NCBI GenBank assembly: GCA_002385985.1
Contig: DGEO01000037.1
Coordinates: forward strand, 31,257-95,256
Direction of reading: 5' to 3'
Origin: Anaerolineaceae bacterium UBA3924
Lineage (GTDB): Bacteria > Chloroflexota > Anaerolineae > Anaerolineales > Anaerolineaceae
Length of the DNA: 64,000 nt
In this document: positions 7,961 through 16,188 of the stretch, piece after piece
Layout: each line of letters begins with the position of its first letter
How positions within the stretch are numbered: the first letter of the stretch is position 1
Program-made: the position numbers and the translations under genes
Notes under the pieces: generated by a model
Database searches by the model: none
Told to the model about the DNA's origin: nothing
The model's input: the letters and a program-made list of their open reading frames with translations, nothing else

Positions 7961-8646
7961 CCGGCGCGCTGGCGTTCCCCGTCGATTCCATCCAGGTGGA
8001 GGTGGACAACCTCTTTCGCGCACAGGGCGCCGATCCGGCCTCGGTGCGCGCCCGCCGGCCTGCCCTGATCTCGCTTGCCGAACAGGCCATCACCACCGGC
8101 ATGGGATTGATCAAGCCGCGCACCTGGCTCACCGTGCTGCCGGTGGAAGCGGTGAGGCACAATCACCTGCGCCTGGCCGGCGGCTTCACCCTGCGGGGGG
8201 ACCTGGTGCTGCAGGAACTGAGCTCCGCCGAACAGGTGGCTGTTGGTCTGGTGACGGTCGGCCCTGAGCTGGACAATTACATCCAGGAGTACATCCATCA
8301 GGAAGCGCCGCTGGCCTATCTGGTGGACGCCTTCGGTTCCGCCGCCGTCGACCAGGTGCAGTGCTGCCTGCAGGACCAGGTGGTGCAGCAGGCCTGCGAT
8401 CAGGGCCTCTCCACGACCACGCCGCTTTCTCCGGGACTGATCGGCTGGCCGGTGGACACCGGGCAGGAGGACATCTTTCGCATCCTCTCCCCGGACCCGA
8501 CCGTGATCCGCCTGACTGAGAGCTATCAGATGGTCCCGCGCAAGTCCGCATCGTTTGTCATGGGCATCGGGCGCGACCTGAAAAGCGGCGTCCCCTGCGA
8601 TTACTGCTCCGCCCGCGAGCGCTGTCCCCACAGGAAACAGAAATGA
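7957..8646 (+). CDS. MetH-type (vitamin B12-dependent methionine synthase) activation domain protein, stand-alone
   Basis: 229 aa. LSPGLIGWPVDTGQEDIFRIL aligns by eye with the MetH reactivation-domain P-G-Y-P region. The C-terminus carries a CDYCSARERCPH cysteine cluster. The start overlaps the upstream stop as ATGA. Confidence 0.65.
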   Translation: MTGALAFPVDSIQVEVDNLFRAQGADPASVRARRPALISLAEQAITTGMGLIKPRTWLTVLPVEAVRHNHLRLAGGFTLRGDLVLQELSSAEQVAVGLVTVGPELDNYIQEYIHQEAPLAYLVDAFGSAAVDQVQCCLQDQVVQQACDQGLSTTTPLSPGLIGWPVDTGQEDIFRILSPDPTVIRLTESYQMVPRKSASFVMGIGRDLKSGVPCDYCSARERCPHRKQK

Positions 8647-10478
8647 CGACCACCACCCCGAGCGCTGGCCAAGAACCCGTCACCCTGGTGTTCCAACCCG
8701 TCGGCCGGAAGATCACCCTGCCGGCCGGGGTGAACCTGCTCACCGCCGCGCAGCAGGCCGGGGTGGAAATTGTGGCCGCCTGCAGTGGCGTGGGCATCTG
8801 CGGCACGTGCCGGGTGCAGGTCATCCAGGGGCGGGTGTCGGACCCTACACCCACCGAGCTCAACCACCTCTCTGGCGAAGAATTGAACGCCGGTTACCGG
8901 CTTGCTTGCCAGACCGAGGCCCTGAGCGACCTGCGCCTGCACCTGCCGCCCTCCTCGCTGGCCCGCGGACAGCAGCTGCAGGTGGAAGGAAAAGATGCGG
9001 GAACCGCTTTCTCACCCGCCGTCCGCGTGCTGGACCTGCAGCTGCCCAAACCGAGCCTGGCGGACCTGCGCTCGGACTTGACCCGCATCAACGACGCCGC
9101 GGCCGAGGCTGGCTGCGCGAAGCTCGACCCCACCCCTGCGCTGATCGCCGGGCTGAGCACCTACCTGCGCGAACACGATTGGACCGCCCGGCTGGCGCTG
9201 CGCCCCGGGCGGGAGACTTCCGGCCTGGTCGGCTGGTGCAGCCCGCAGGACCGCGTGCTGGGCCTGGCGCTCGACATTGGCTCGACCAAGATCGCTGCCT
9301 ACCTGGTGGACCTTGAAACCGGCGCTACGCTGGGCAGCCTGGGCGTCATGAACCCGCAAATATCCTACGGCGAAGATGTGGTCAGCCGTATTGCCTATGC
9401 GAACAGGGGTGAGCATAACCGCCGCCAGCTGCAGTCCGTCCTGGTCGACGCGGTCCAGGCCGCCGCGGAGACGCTCTGCCGCCAGGCCAGCGCTGATGTC
9501 CGCCAGATCATGGACGTGGTCGCGGTCGGCAACACCGCCATCCACCATTTCTTCTGCGGCCTGCCGGTCGAGCCGCTGGGCGCTTCCCCCTACCTGCCGG
9601 TCGTCCAGTCCGCTTTATCCTTCCCGGCCGCCGAACTTGGCCTGCATTTCTCGCCGGGAGCATGGGTATACCTGCCGCCCAACATCGCCGGCTACGTCGG
9701 CGCTGACCACACTGCCGCGCTGCTGGCCACCCGCACCTACCGCGAGCAGGAGTCCACACTGCTGCTGGATATCGGCACCAACACCGAGATCAGCCTGATT
9801 CACCGGGGCACGATTTACTCCTGCTCAACCGCCTCCGGCCCGGCGTTTGAAGGCGCGCACATCAACGACGGGGTCCGTGCGGTGCCCGGCGCTGTCGAGC
9901 GCGTGCTGGTTAATCCGGATGGCGAGCTGGTCGTGCAGACCATTGGCGCGGAGGCCCCCATTGGGATCTGCGGCTCGGGCATCCTCAGCGCCATCGCCGC
10001 CCTGCACCAGACCGGCCGGATCGACCGCCGTGGCGTGCTGACCGGCTCAGGCGAGAAGCGCTTCGTCCTGGTCCCGGCCAGCCAGAGCGGTCACGGCCGC
10101 GATATCGCCATCACCCGCAGGGATGTTCACGAAATCCAGCTGGCCAAAGCCGCCATCCGCACCGGCATCAACATCCTGCTGCGCTACGCCGGCATCCAGC
10201 CGGAAGATGTGCAGCGCTGGATCGTCGCCGGAGCGTTCGGCACGCACATCGATCTTCGTGCAGCGGTGCAGATCGGCCTCTTTCCGCCCCTCCCGCTCGA
10301 GCGCTTCGAGCAGGTCGGCAACGCGGCCGGCATGGGCGCCCGGCAGATGCTGCTTTCCGCTGCGCTGCGCCAGGAGGCGGATGCCTTCACCCGTGAAATA
10401 CAGTACATCGAACTCACCACCGAGCCTGAATTTCAGGATCAGTACGTGAGTTCGATGTACTTTCCGGACAATCGATAA
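8643..10478 (+). CDS. RACo-type reductive activase of corrinoid proteins (2Fe-2S ferredoxin + ASKHA/DUF4445)
   Basis: 611 aa. N-terminal plant-type ferredoxin motif CSGVGICGTCRV...C, followed by an ASKHA ATPase-like body (LALDIGSTKIA, LLLDIGTNTEI). ATGA overlap with the upstream gene. Confidence 0.8.
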   Translation: MTTTTPSAGQEPVTLVFQPVGRKITLPAGVNLLTAAQQAGVEIVAACSGVGICGTCRVQVIQGRVSDPTPTELNHLSGEELNAGYRLACQTEALSDLRLHLPPSSLARGQQLQVEGKDAGTAFSPAVRVLDLQLPKPSLADLRSDLTRINDAAAEAGCAKLDPTPALIAGLSTYLREHDWTARLALRPGRETSGLVGWCSPQDRVLGLALDIGSTKIAAYLVDLETGATLGSLGVMNPQISYGEDVVSRIAYANRGEHNRRQLQSVLVDAVQAAAETLCRQASADVRQIMDVVAVGNTAIHHFFCGLPVEPLGASPYLPVVQSALSFPAAELGLHFSPGAWVYLPPNIAGYVGADHTAALLATRTYREQESTLLLDIGTNTEISLIHRGTIYSCSTASGPAFEGAHINDGVRAVPGAVERVLVNPDGELVVQTIGAEAPIGICGSGILSAIAALHQTGRIDRRGVLTGSGEKRFVLVPASQSGHGRDIAITRRDVHEIQLAKAAIRTGINILLRYAGIQPEDVQRWIVAGAFGTHIDLRAAVQIGLFPPLPLERFEQVGNAAGMGARQMLLSAALRQEADAFTREIQYIELTTEPEFQDQYVSSMYFPDNR

Positions 10479-10485
10479 GGTTCTG

Positions 10486-11115
10486 CTAGAGCAGTGATTT
10501 AGCCAGCCTGACCGCGCCCGGCGCGTCCGGCGAGTAACCGTCCGCCCCGATCTGCTCGGCGTACTGGGCATTCAGCGGAGCGCCGCCGACCATGACCTTC
10601 ACTTTGTCGCGCAGCCCGGCCTCTTTGAGCGCGTCGATGGTGACCTTCATGTTCGGCATGGTGGTGGTCAGCAGGGCCGACATGGCGACGATCTGCGCGC
10701 CGGTTTCCTTCACCGCCTGCACGAACTGCTCGGGGCTGACGTCGCAACCCAGGTCTACCACTTCAAACCCGCCGCCTTCCAGCATCATCACCACCAGGTT
10801 CTTGCCAATATCGTGCAGGTCGCCTTTGACCGTGCCCGCCACAACCTTGCCAACCGCTTTCACGTCGGCTTCTGCCAGATGCGGCTTGAGCACGCCCAGG
10901 CCTTCCTGCATCGACCGGGCGGAGATCAGCATTTCGGGCACGAAATATTCACCTTCCTCAAACAACCGGCCTACCTCACCCATCGCCTCGATCATCTTGT
11001 CGAGGATCGTTCTGGCCTCCACGCCTTGCTCCAGCGCCGCCTGAACCTGCTTCTTCGTGTTTTCCCGCTCGCCTTCCAGAATGGCGTCATAGATCCCTTT
11101 CAGAATTTGGTTCAT
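10486..11115 (-). CDS. corrinoid (cobalamin-binding) protein, methyltransferase cognate
   Basis: 209 aa: B12-binding cap helix bundle plus a Rossmann domain. Carries DxHxxG (GDLHDIGKNLV), SxL (MSALL) and GG (VMVGGAP). Confidence 0.85.
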   Translation of the reverse strand: MNQILKGIYDAILEGERENTKKQVQAALEQGVEARTILDKMIEAMGEVGRLFEEGEYFVPEMLISARSMQEGLGVLKPHLAEADVKAVGKVVAGTVKGDLHDIGKNLVVMMLEGGGFEVVDLGCDVSPEQFVQAVKETGAQIVAMSALLTTTMPNMKVTIDALKEAGLRDKVKVMVGGAPLNAQYAEQIGADGYSPDAPGAVRLAKSLL

Positions 11116-11202
11116 TTTTACTCCTTTTGGATTGGATAATTATGACTGCTCAAATAGAGTGGATAATGATTGTAACAAGGTTTTCCTTGCTTTCTGCGGC
11201 CG

Positions 11203-12222
11203 TTACCCCTGCGGGTCTGGAACAGGGCCTGTCGACCCTCGAAGTATTAACCTGCCGGGCAGGATGACCTGCTGAAGTCCGCTGTCTTTTTTGTTCAGCA
11301 CATCCACCAGCAAGTTCACCGCCTGCTCGACAATGTTCCGGTAAGGCATCTGCACGGTGGTGATCCCCGGCCAGGTGTTGCCCGCCAGCGGCATGTCATC
11401 GAATCCGGCCACCGAGACCTCCCCTGGAACCTCGATGCCCATCTCCCGCAGGGCGAACAGCGCTCCCTGAGCGGACTCATCCGACCCGGCGAAAATGGCC
11501 GTCGGCCGGTCCTCGCCGCGCATCACCATCCGGGTGGCATTATACCCGCCGTCGAAGTTGAACAGCGAATCCTGAACCCATTCCGCCCGGTACTCAAGCC
11601 TGCCCTCCTCCAGCGCCGCCCGGTACCCGTGAAACCGGTCGACGCTCATGCGGTGGTTCAGCGGGCCGCGAAAGAAAGCGATCCGCCGGTGGCCCAGGTC
11701 CATCAGGTGCTGGGTCAGCATGCGCGCGCCCTGGAAGTCGTCACCGGAGACGTACGGCAGGTCCCCTGAGCGGTCGTAGGGGTTGACGCGCACCAGGGGG
11801 ATGCCGGACTGCGTCACCTGCTGGAGGACGAATTCGTCCAGATCGCACGGAGGCGTGGTCACCAGTCCATCGATGCGCCGCTCATGGATCAGGCTGGCCA
11901 GCTTCTGCTGGGATTTCTTGTAGGCCGGGAAATAGGACTGCGGGAGGATGTCGTAATTATACTCGTACCCGATTTCAAGGATCGACGAGAGCCAGGCCTG
12001 CTGGTTGTAGCCGCCCGAATGCAGCAGCACCCCCAGCGTATAGGAACGCTGCTGCGCGAACCGGCGCGCAAAAATGTTGGGCACGTAGCCCAGCTCGTCG
12101 ATGGCCTTCTGCACGCGGGCGCGGGTGGCCTCGGACACGTACGGTTCGTCATTCACGACTCGCGATACCGTCTTTATCGAGCAGCCAGCCGCCCGGGCGA
12201 CATCCTTGATCGTAACAGCCAA
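11203..12222 (-). CDS. LacI family transcriptional regulator
   Basis: 339 aa. N-terminal HTH VTIKDVARAAGCSIKTVSRVVN plus a periplasmic-binding-protein-like effector domain. TTG start at 12222. Confidence 0.9.
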   Translation of the reverse strand: MAVTIKDVARAAGCSIKTVSRVVNDEPYVSEATRARVQKAIDELGYVPNIFARRFAQQRSYTLGVLLHSGGYNQQAWLSSILEIGYEYNYDILPQSYFPAYKKSQQKLASLIHERRIDGLVTTPPCDLDEFVLQQVTQSGIPLVRVNPYDRSGDLPYVSGDDFQGARMLTQHLMDLGHRRIAFFRGPLNHRMSVDRFHGYRAALEEGRLEYRAEWVQDSLFNFDGGYNATRMVMRGEDRPTAIFAGSDESAQGALFALREMGIEVPGEVSVAGFDDMPLAGNTWPGITTVQMPYRNIVEQAVNLLVDVLNKKDSGLQQVILPGRLILRGSTGPVPDPQG

Positions 12223-12234
12223 AACTCTACTCTC

Positions 12235-12248
12235 TGTTCACGTTGTCA
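12235..12248. promoter_or_regulatory. imperfect LacI-type operator (O2) in the lacI leader
   Basis: TGTTCACGTTGTCA matches the perfect palindrome at 12378-12391 in 11 of 14 positions. It lies just downstream of a perfect minus-strand TATAAT (12260-12265), consistent with autorepression. Confidence 0.45.
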
Positions 12249-12376
12249 GGGTTAATTCTATTATACCCTGCGAAAGCTGTAATTCCGTATTGGTTTTTTC
12301 GCGTGCCAGATCGTTTTCTCCTGAAAAAATGGTGTGATTCTGCAGCCGATCCGCCCGGGGAAAGCCTGGCTACAAA

Positions 12377-12405
12377 TTGACAACGTTGTCATTTATTGCT
12401 ACAAT
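12377..12405 (+). promoter_or_regulatory. near-consensus sigma70 promoter of the URO-D/cobW operon
   Basis: TTGACA (12377-12382), 17-nt spacer, TACAAT (12400-12405). It lies 33 nt upstream of the GAGGAGGA SD and ATG 12438. Confidence 0.65.
12378..12391. promoter_or_regulatory. LacI-family operator (O1), perfect 14-bp palindrome
   Basis: TGACAACGTTGTCA is a perfect inverted repeat with a central CG, matching the generic LacI/GalR operator pattern. It overlaps the -35 and spacer of the URO-D operon promoter. Confidence 0.7.
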
Positions 12406-12437
12406 AGACTCGATTATCCCTGAGGAGGAACTGGATT

Positions 12438-13829
12438 ATGACGAATGATGCGCATTACCGGAACGGGATGTCGGGCCGTGAGCTGATCCTGCGCACCCTG
12501 GCCCATGAGCCAACCCCGGCGGTCCCCTGGGTGCCCTTTGCCGGCGTGCACGTGGGCAAGTTGAAAGGATACACCGCCCGCGAAGTGCTGGTCAACCCGG
12601 ACGCCCTGTTTGAATCATTACTGGAAGCCAACCGGCTGTACACCCCCGACGGCCAGCCGGTGATGTTCGACCTGCAGATCGAAGCCGAAATCCTGGGCTG
12701 CCAGCTGGTCTGGGCGGAGGACAGTCCTCCCTCCGTCGCCACCCACCCGCTGCAGGACACGATGGTCATCCCGGACCACATTCCTCAGGAGAGCGAAGGC
12801 CGTCTGCCAGGTGTTTTATCGGTCATGCGCCGCATGAAAGAGGCCGTGGGCGAGCACACCGCCCTGTACGGGCTGGTCACCGGTCCCTTCACCCTGGCCT
12901 CGCACCTGCGCGGGACCGAGATCTTTATGGACCTGATCGAGAACCCGGATTACGTGCGTGATCTGATGGACTATTCCACCCGCGTCGCCACACAGATGGC
13001 TTCCTGCTATCTAAACGCTGGCATGGACGTGATCGCAGTGGTCGATCCCATGATCTCTCAGATCTCGCCCCGCCACTTCGCCAGATTTATGCACGAGCCC
13101 TTCACCCGGCTGTTCCAGTACATCCGCGATCAGAAGGCCTTCTCCGCCTTCTTCGTGTGCGGTGACGCCACCAAGAACATCGCCCCCATGTGCAAGACCG
13201 GACCGGACTGCATCGCCGTGGACGAGAACGTGAATATGACCGCCGCCAAGGTAATCACCGACGAGCACAACATCGTCCTGGAAGGCAACATCCCGCTGAC
13301 CTCCCGGCTGCTGCTCGGCACCCAGCAGGAGTGCATGCAGTACGTCATCGATCTGCTCGACTCACTGGACCATCACAACCTGATCGTCTCCCCCGGCTGC
13401 GACCTGCCCTACGCCACCCCGGTGGACAACCTGATCGGCGCGGCCGATGCCATCCGCAACCCGGACAAAGCCCGCCAGATCCTGGCCAACTACAAGGCTG
13501 CCGAGCTGGACCTCTCTTCCGTGGTGCTGCCGGATTACGACCATCTGGAGCGCCCGCTGATGGAGGTGTTCACGCTGGACTCTGCTTCCTGCGCCGCCTG
13601 CGGCTACATGATGGCCGCCGCGCAGCGGGCCGTGCAGGCCCTGGACGGCCAGGTGGACATGGTTGAGTACAAGATGACCAGCAAGGAAAACATCGCCCGC
13701 CTGACGAAGATGGGCATCAGGAACCTGCCGGCCATCCTGATTAACGGCGAGCTCAAGTTCTCTTCATTGATCCCCTCACACACAGACCTGGTCGCCGCCA
13801 TCAAAGAATATATGAAGAACGAGGTGTAG
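12438..13829 (+). CDS. URO-D/MtaA-family methyltransferase fused to a C-terminal thioredoxin-like (CxxC) domain
   Basis: 463 aa. The first ~370 aa have the uroporphyrinogen-decarboxylase-fold methyltransferase look (PWVPFAGVH..., FFVCGDATKN, VSPGCDLPYATP). The last ~90 aa (MEVFTLDSASCAACGY...NLPAILINGELKF) resemble the small Thioredoxin_3/glutaredoxin-like fold. Confidence 0.75.
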   Translation: MTNDAHYRNGMSGRELILRTLAHEPTPAVPWVPFAGVHVGKLKGYTAREVLVNPDALFESLLEANRLYTPDGQPVMFDLQIEAEILGCQLVWAEDSPPSVATHPLQDTMVIPDHIPQESEGRLPGVLSVMRRMKEAVGEHTALYGLVTGPFTLASHLRGTEIFMDLIENPDYVRDLMDYSTRVATQMASCYLNAGMDVIAVVDPMISQISPRHFARFMHEPFTRLFQYIRDQKAFSAFFVCGDATKNIAPMCKTGPDCIAVDENVNMTAAKVITDEHNIVLEGNIPLTSRLLLGTQQECMQYVIDLLDSLDHHNLIVSPGCDLPYATPVDNLIGAADAIRNPDKARQILANYKAAELDLSSVVLPDYDHLERPLMEVFTLDSASCAACGYMMAAAQRAVQALDGQVDMVEYKMTSKENIARLTKMGIRNLPAILINGELKFSSLIPSHTDLVAAIKEYMKNEV

Positions 13830-13830
13830 T

Positions 13831-14901
13831 GTGCGCATTCATCTGGTGGGAGGTTTCCTCGGCTCGGGTAAAACCACGGCGATCATCAACGCGGCCAAAC
13901 TTCTTATGGCCCGCGGGCAGCGGGTGGGCATCGTCACCAACGACCAGGGCCGCTACCTGGTGGACACTGCTTTCGTCCAGCTGGCCGGGCTGCCGGCGGT
14001 CGAGGTATCGGGCGGCTGCTTCTGTTGCAATTACGATGACTTCACCGCCCGTGTCGATGAGCTGGCGAACACGATCAAACCGGACGTGATCTTCGCCGAA
14101 TCCGTCGGATCCTGCGCCGACCTGGTCGCCACCGTGATCAAGCCCATGCTCGAGCTGCGGGGGACCGGCAGCCAGCCGACCAGCCTCTCCGTCTTCACCG
14201 ACTCCCGCCTGCTGCGGCTGCGCCTGAGCGGCGAGGAGCTGCCCTTCAACGACGATGTGAACTATATTTTCGACCAGCAGATCGCCGAGGCTTCGCTGCT
14301 GGTGATCAACAAGGCCGACCTGCTACCCCCTGCTCAGCGTGAAGAGCTGCTGGCCGCCGCCCGCGCGGCCTACCCGGACAAGCAGGTCCGGCTGCAGGAC
14401 TCGCGCACCGAAGCCGGAGTGCAGGAATGGCTGGACCTTATCGAATCCAGCCAGTCCGCGCTGCCCACCCGGACCGTGGACATGGATTACCAGCGCTACG
14501 GCCAGGGGGAAGCCCGCCTGGCCTGGGTGGATGAGCGCTTTGAGCTCAGCGTGCCGCCCGCCTCCGGGCGCGAGGTCATTGCCCGCATCCTCTCCGACCT
14601 GCAGTCCCGGCTGACAGCCAGCCAGGCCGCAGTGGGTCATCTGAAGGTGCTGGTCGAAGCCGGCCCGGTCCGCCACAAGGCCAGCCTGACCACCCTGGCG
14701 CATGCCGACTGGCTGGCCACGCTCCCGGACCTGCCCGGCGAGAAGGTCCAGCTGCTGGTCAACGCCCGGGTGGAGATGCCCGCCGAAGACCTCTCCCGGC
14801 TGGTCCGCCAGGCGGTTGATTCCGCCGGCGTACCCGTCACCTTACTGCACGGAGACCAGTTCCACCCGGCTCAGCCTGTCCCCACCCACCGCATCCGGTA
14901 A
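13831..14901 (+). CDS. CobW/G3E-family P-loop GTPase (metallochaperone-like)
   Basis: GTG start 2 nt after the upstream stop. Contains P-loop GGFLGSGKTT, the metal-binding motif GGCFCC, and INKADL (NKxD). Confidence 0.85.
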   Translation: MRIHLVGGFLGSGKTTAIINAAKLLMARGQRVGIVTNDQGRYLVDTAFVQLAGLPAVEVSGGCFCCNYDDFTARVDELANTIKPDVIFAESVGSCADLVATVIKPMLELRGTGSQPTSLSVFTDSRLLRLRLSGEELPFNDDVNYIFDQQIAEASLLVINKADLLPPAQREELLAAARAAYPDKQVRLQDSRTEAGVQEWLDLIESSQSALPTRTVDMDYQRYGQGEARLAWVDERFELSVPPASGREVIARILSDLQSRLTASQAAVGHLKVLVEAGPVRHKASLTTLAHADWLATLPDLPGEKVQLLVNARVEMPAEDLSRLVRQAVDSAGVPVTLLHGDQFHPAQPVPTHRIR

Positions 14902-14926
14902 GCCGGTATACAGCATCAGGCCCGGA

Positions 14927-14960
14927 GGAGCACTCCTCCGGGCCTGTTTTCGTTCCCTGT
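14927..14960. terminator. intrinsic terminator between convergent cobW and MFS genes
   Basis: 14-nt arms CAGGCCCGGAGGAG / CTCCTCCGGGCCTG (14927-14940, 14943-14956) followed by TTTT. Confidence 0.7.
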
Positions 14961-14964
14961 CTGT

Positions 14965-16188
14965 CTAGTCGTCCCCGCTGAAAGAACCGGTGCCGCCCCT
15001 GGCAAAGGCGTATTTCATTTCCATCTGCCTGGGTCGCATGGACCACAGCGCAAAGCCGAAGGCAAGCAGCAGAATGACTGCCGCGCTGGAGTACGGCAAA
15101 TTGATATTGTAATCAAACAGGAAGCCAGCCCACAGCGGCCCGACCACCCGGCCCAGGCTCTGGAAGGCGTTGTTCAGCCCCATGGCCATGCCCTGCCCAT
15201 CCTGAGAGAGCTTTGAGGTCAGCGACATAATCGCCGGCCGCAGCATGGCATTGGAGAAGACGAAGAACCCAACGGTGAGTGCGATTAGAGCATCCGTGCG
15301 AACGGTCAGCATGGCCAGGAAGCCCACCGCCGTGGCGACCAGCGAGAGCTTGATCACCAGCGGCTCGCCGAACCGGCGCGTGGCCGGTCCGGTCAGAGCC
15401 AGCTGCACCATCGAGCTGACCAGGCCAATGACCGTAAACACACTTCCCACCTGTTCCGGCCCGTAGTTATACTGGTGGCCGGCATACAGCCCGAAGATCC
15501 CTTCAAAATTGGCCAGGGCGAAATTCACCAGGAAGGCCAAAAACAGCAGGAAACCCAGCGGGCCAAAGAGCGACTTCCACAGCATCGCCAGGTTAGGCCC
15601 CGAGACCCGATGCGCCACCTGGCTGCGCTTCTCAGCGGGCAGCGACTCGGGCAGCAGGATCAGCACCAGCACCATCGAAAGCAGCGAGAGGGCCGATGCC
15701 AGGAAGAAAGGCGTGGCCAGCGAATCTCCCACCAGCCAGCCGCCCAGCCCCGGCCCCAGGATCATGCCCACACCCATGGCGGCGCCGATGGTACCCATGC
15801 CGCTGCCGCGGTCTTTTTCGGTGGTACTGTCGCTGATATACGCCATCGCCGTCGGCATGGTGGCCGAGGACAGGATGCCCCCCAGCCCGCGGAAGATAAA
15901 CAGCGTCAGGAAGCTGCTGGCCATCCCCATCAGCGCCATGGAAATGGCATTCCCCAGAATACCCATCACCAGGACCTTCTTGCGGCCAACCCGGTCCGAG
16001 AGCGAGCCCCAGATGGGGGAAAAAATAAACTGCATGATGGAAAAAACCGCCATCATCGCGCCCAGGCCAGAACCGCTGGCGCCGAAATACTCGACATAAA
16101 ACGGCATGATGGGGATGATCATGCCGAAACCGAGCATCATCACCACCATGGTGAAAAACAGTGTTAGCACCTTTGGGTTCTTAAACAT
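14965..16188 (-). CDS. MFS transporter (drug:H+ antiporter-like)
   Basis: About 12 TM segments and the MFS loop motif GSLSDRVGRKKVL. Trimmed to ATG 16188 (MFKNPKVL), which overlaps the marR stop by 8 nt. Confidence 0.85.
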   Translation of the reverse strand: MFKNPKVLTLFFTMVVMMLGFGMIIPIMPFYVEYFGASGSGLGAMMAVFSIMQFIFSPIWGSLSDRVGRKKVLVMGILGNAISMALMGMASSFLTLFIFRGLGGILSSATMPTAMAYISDSTTEKDRGSGMGTIGAAMGVGMILGPGLGGWLVGDSLATPFFLASALSLLSMVLVLILLPESLPAEKRSQVAHRVSGPNLAMLWKSLFGPLGFLLFLAFLVNFALANFEGIFGLYAGHQYNYGPEQVGSVFTVIGLVSSMVQLALTGPATRRFGEPLVIKLSLVATAVGFLAMLTVRTDALIALTVGFFVFSNAMLRPAIMSLTSKLSQDGQGMAMGLNNAFQSLGRVVGPLWAGFLFDYNINLPYSSAAVILLLAFGFALWSMRPRQMEMKYAFARGGTGSFSGDD

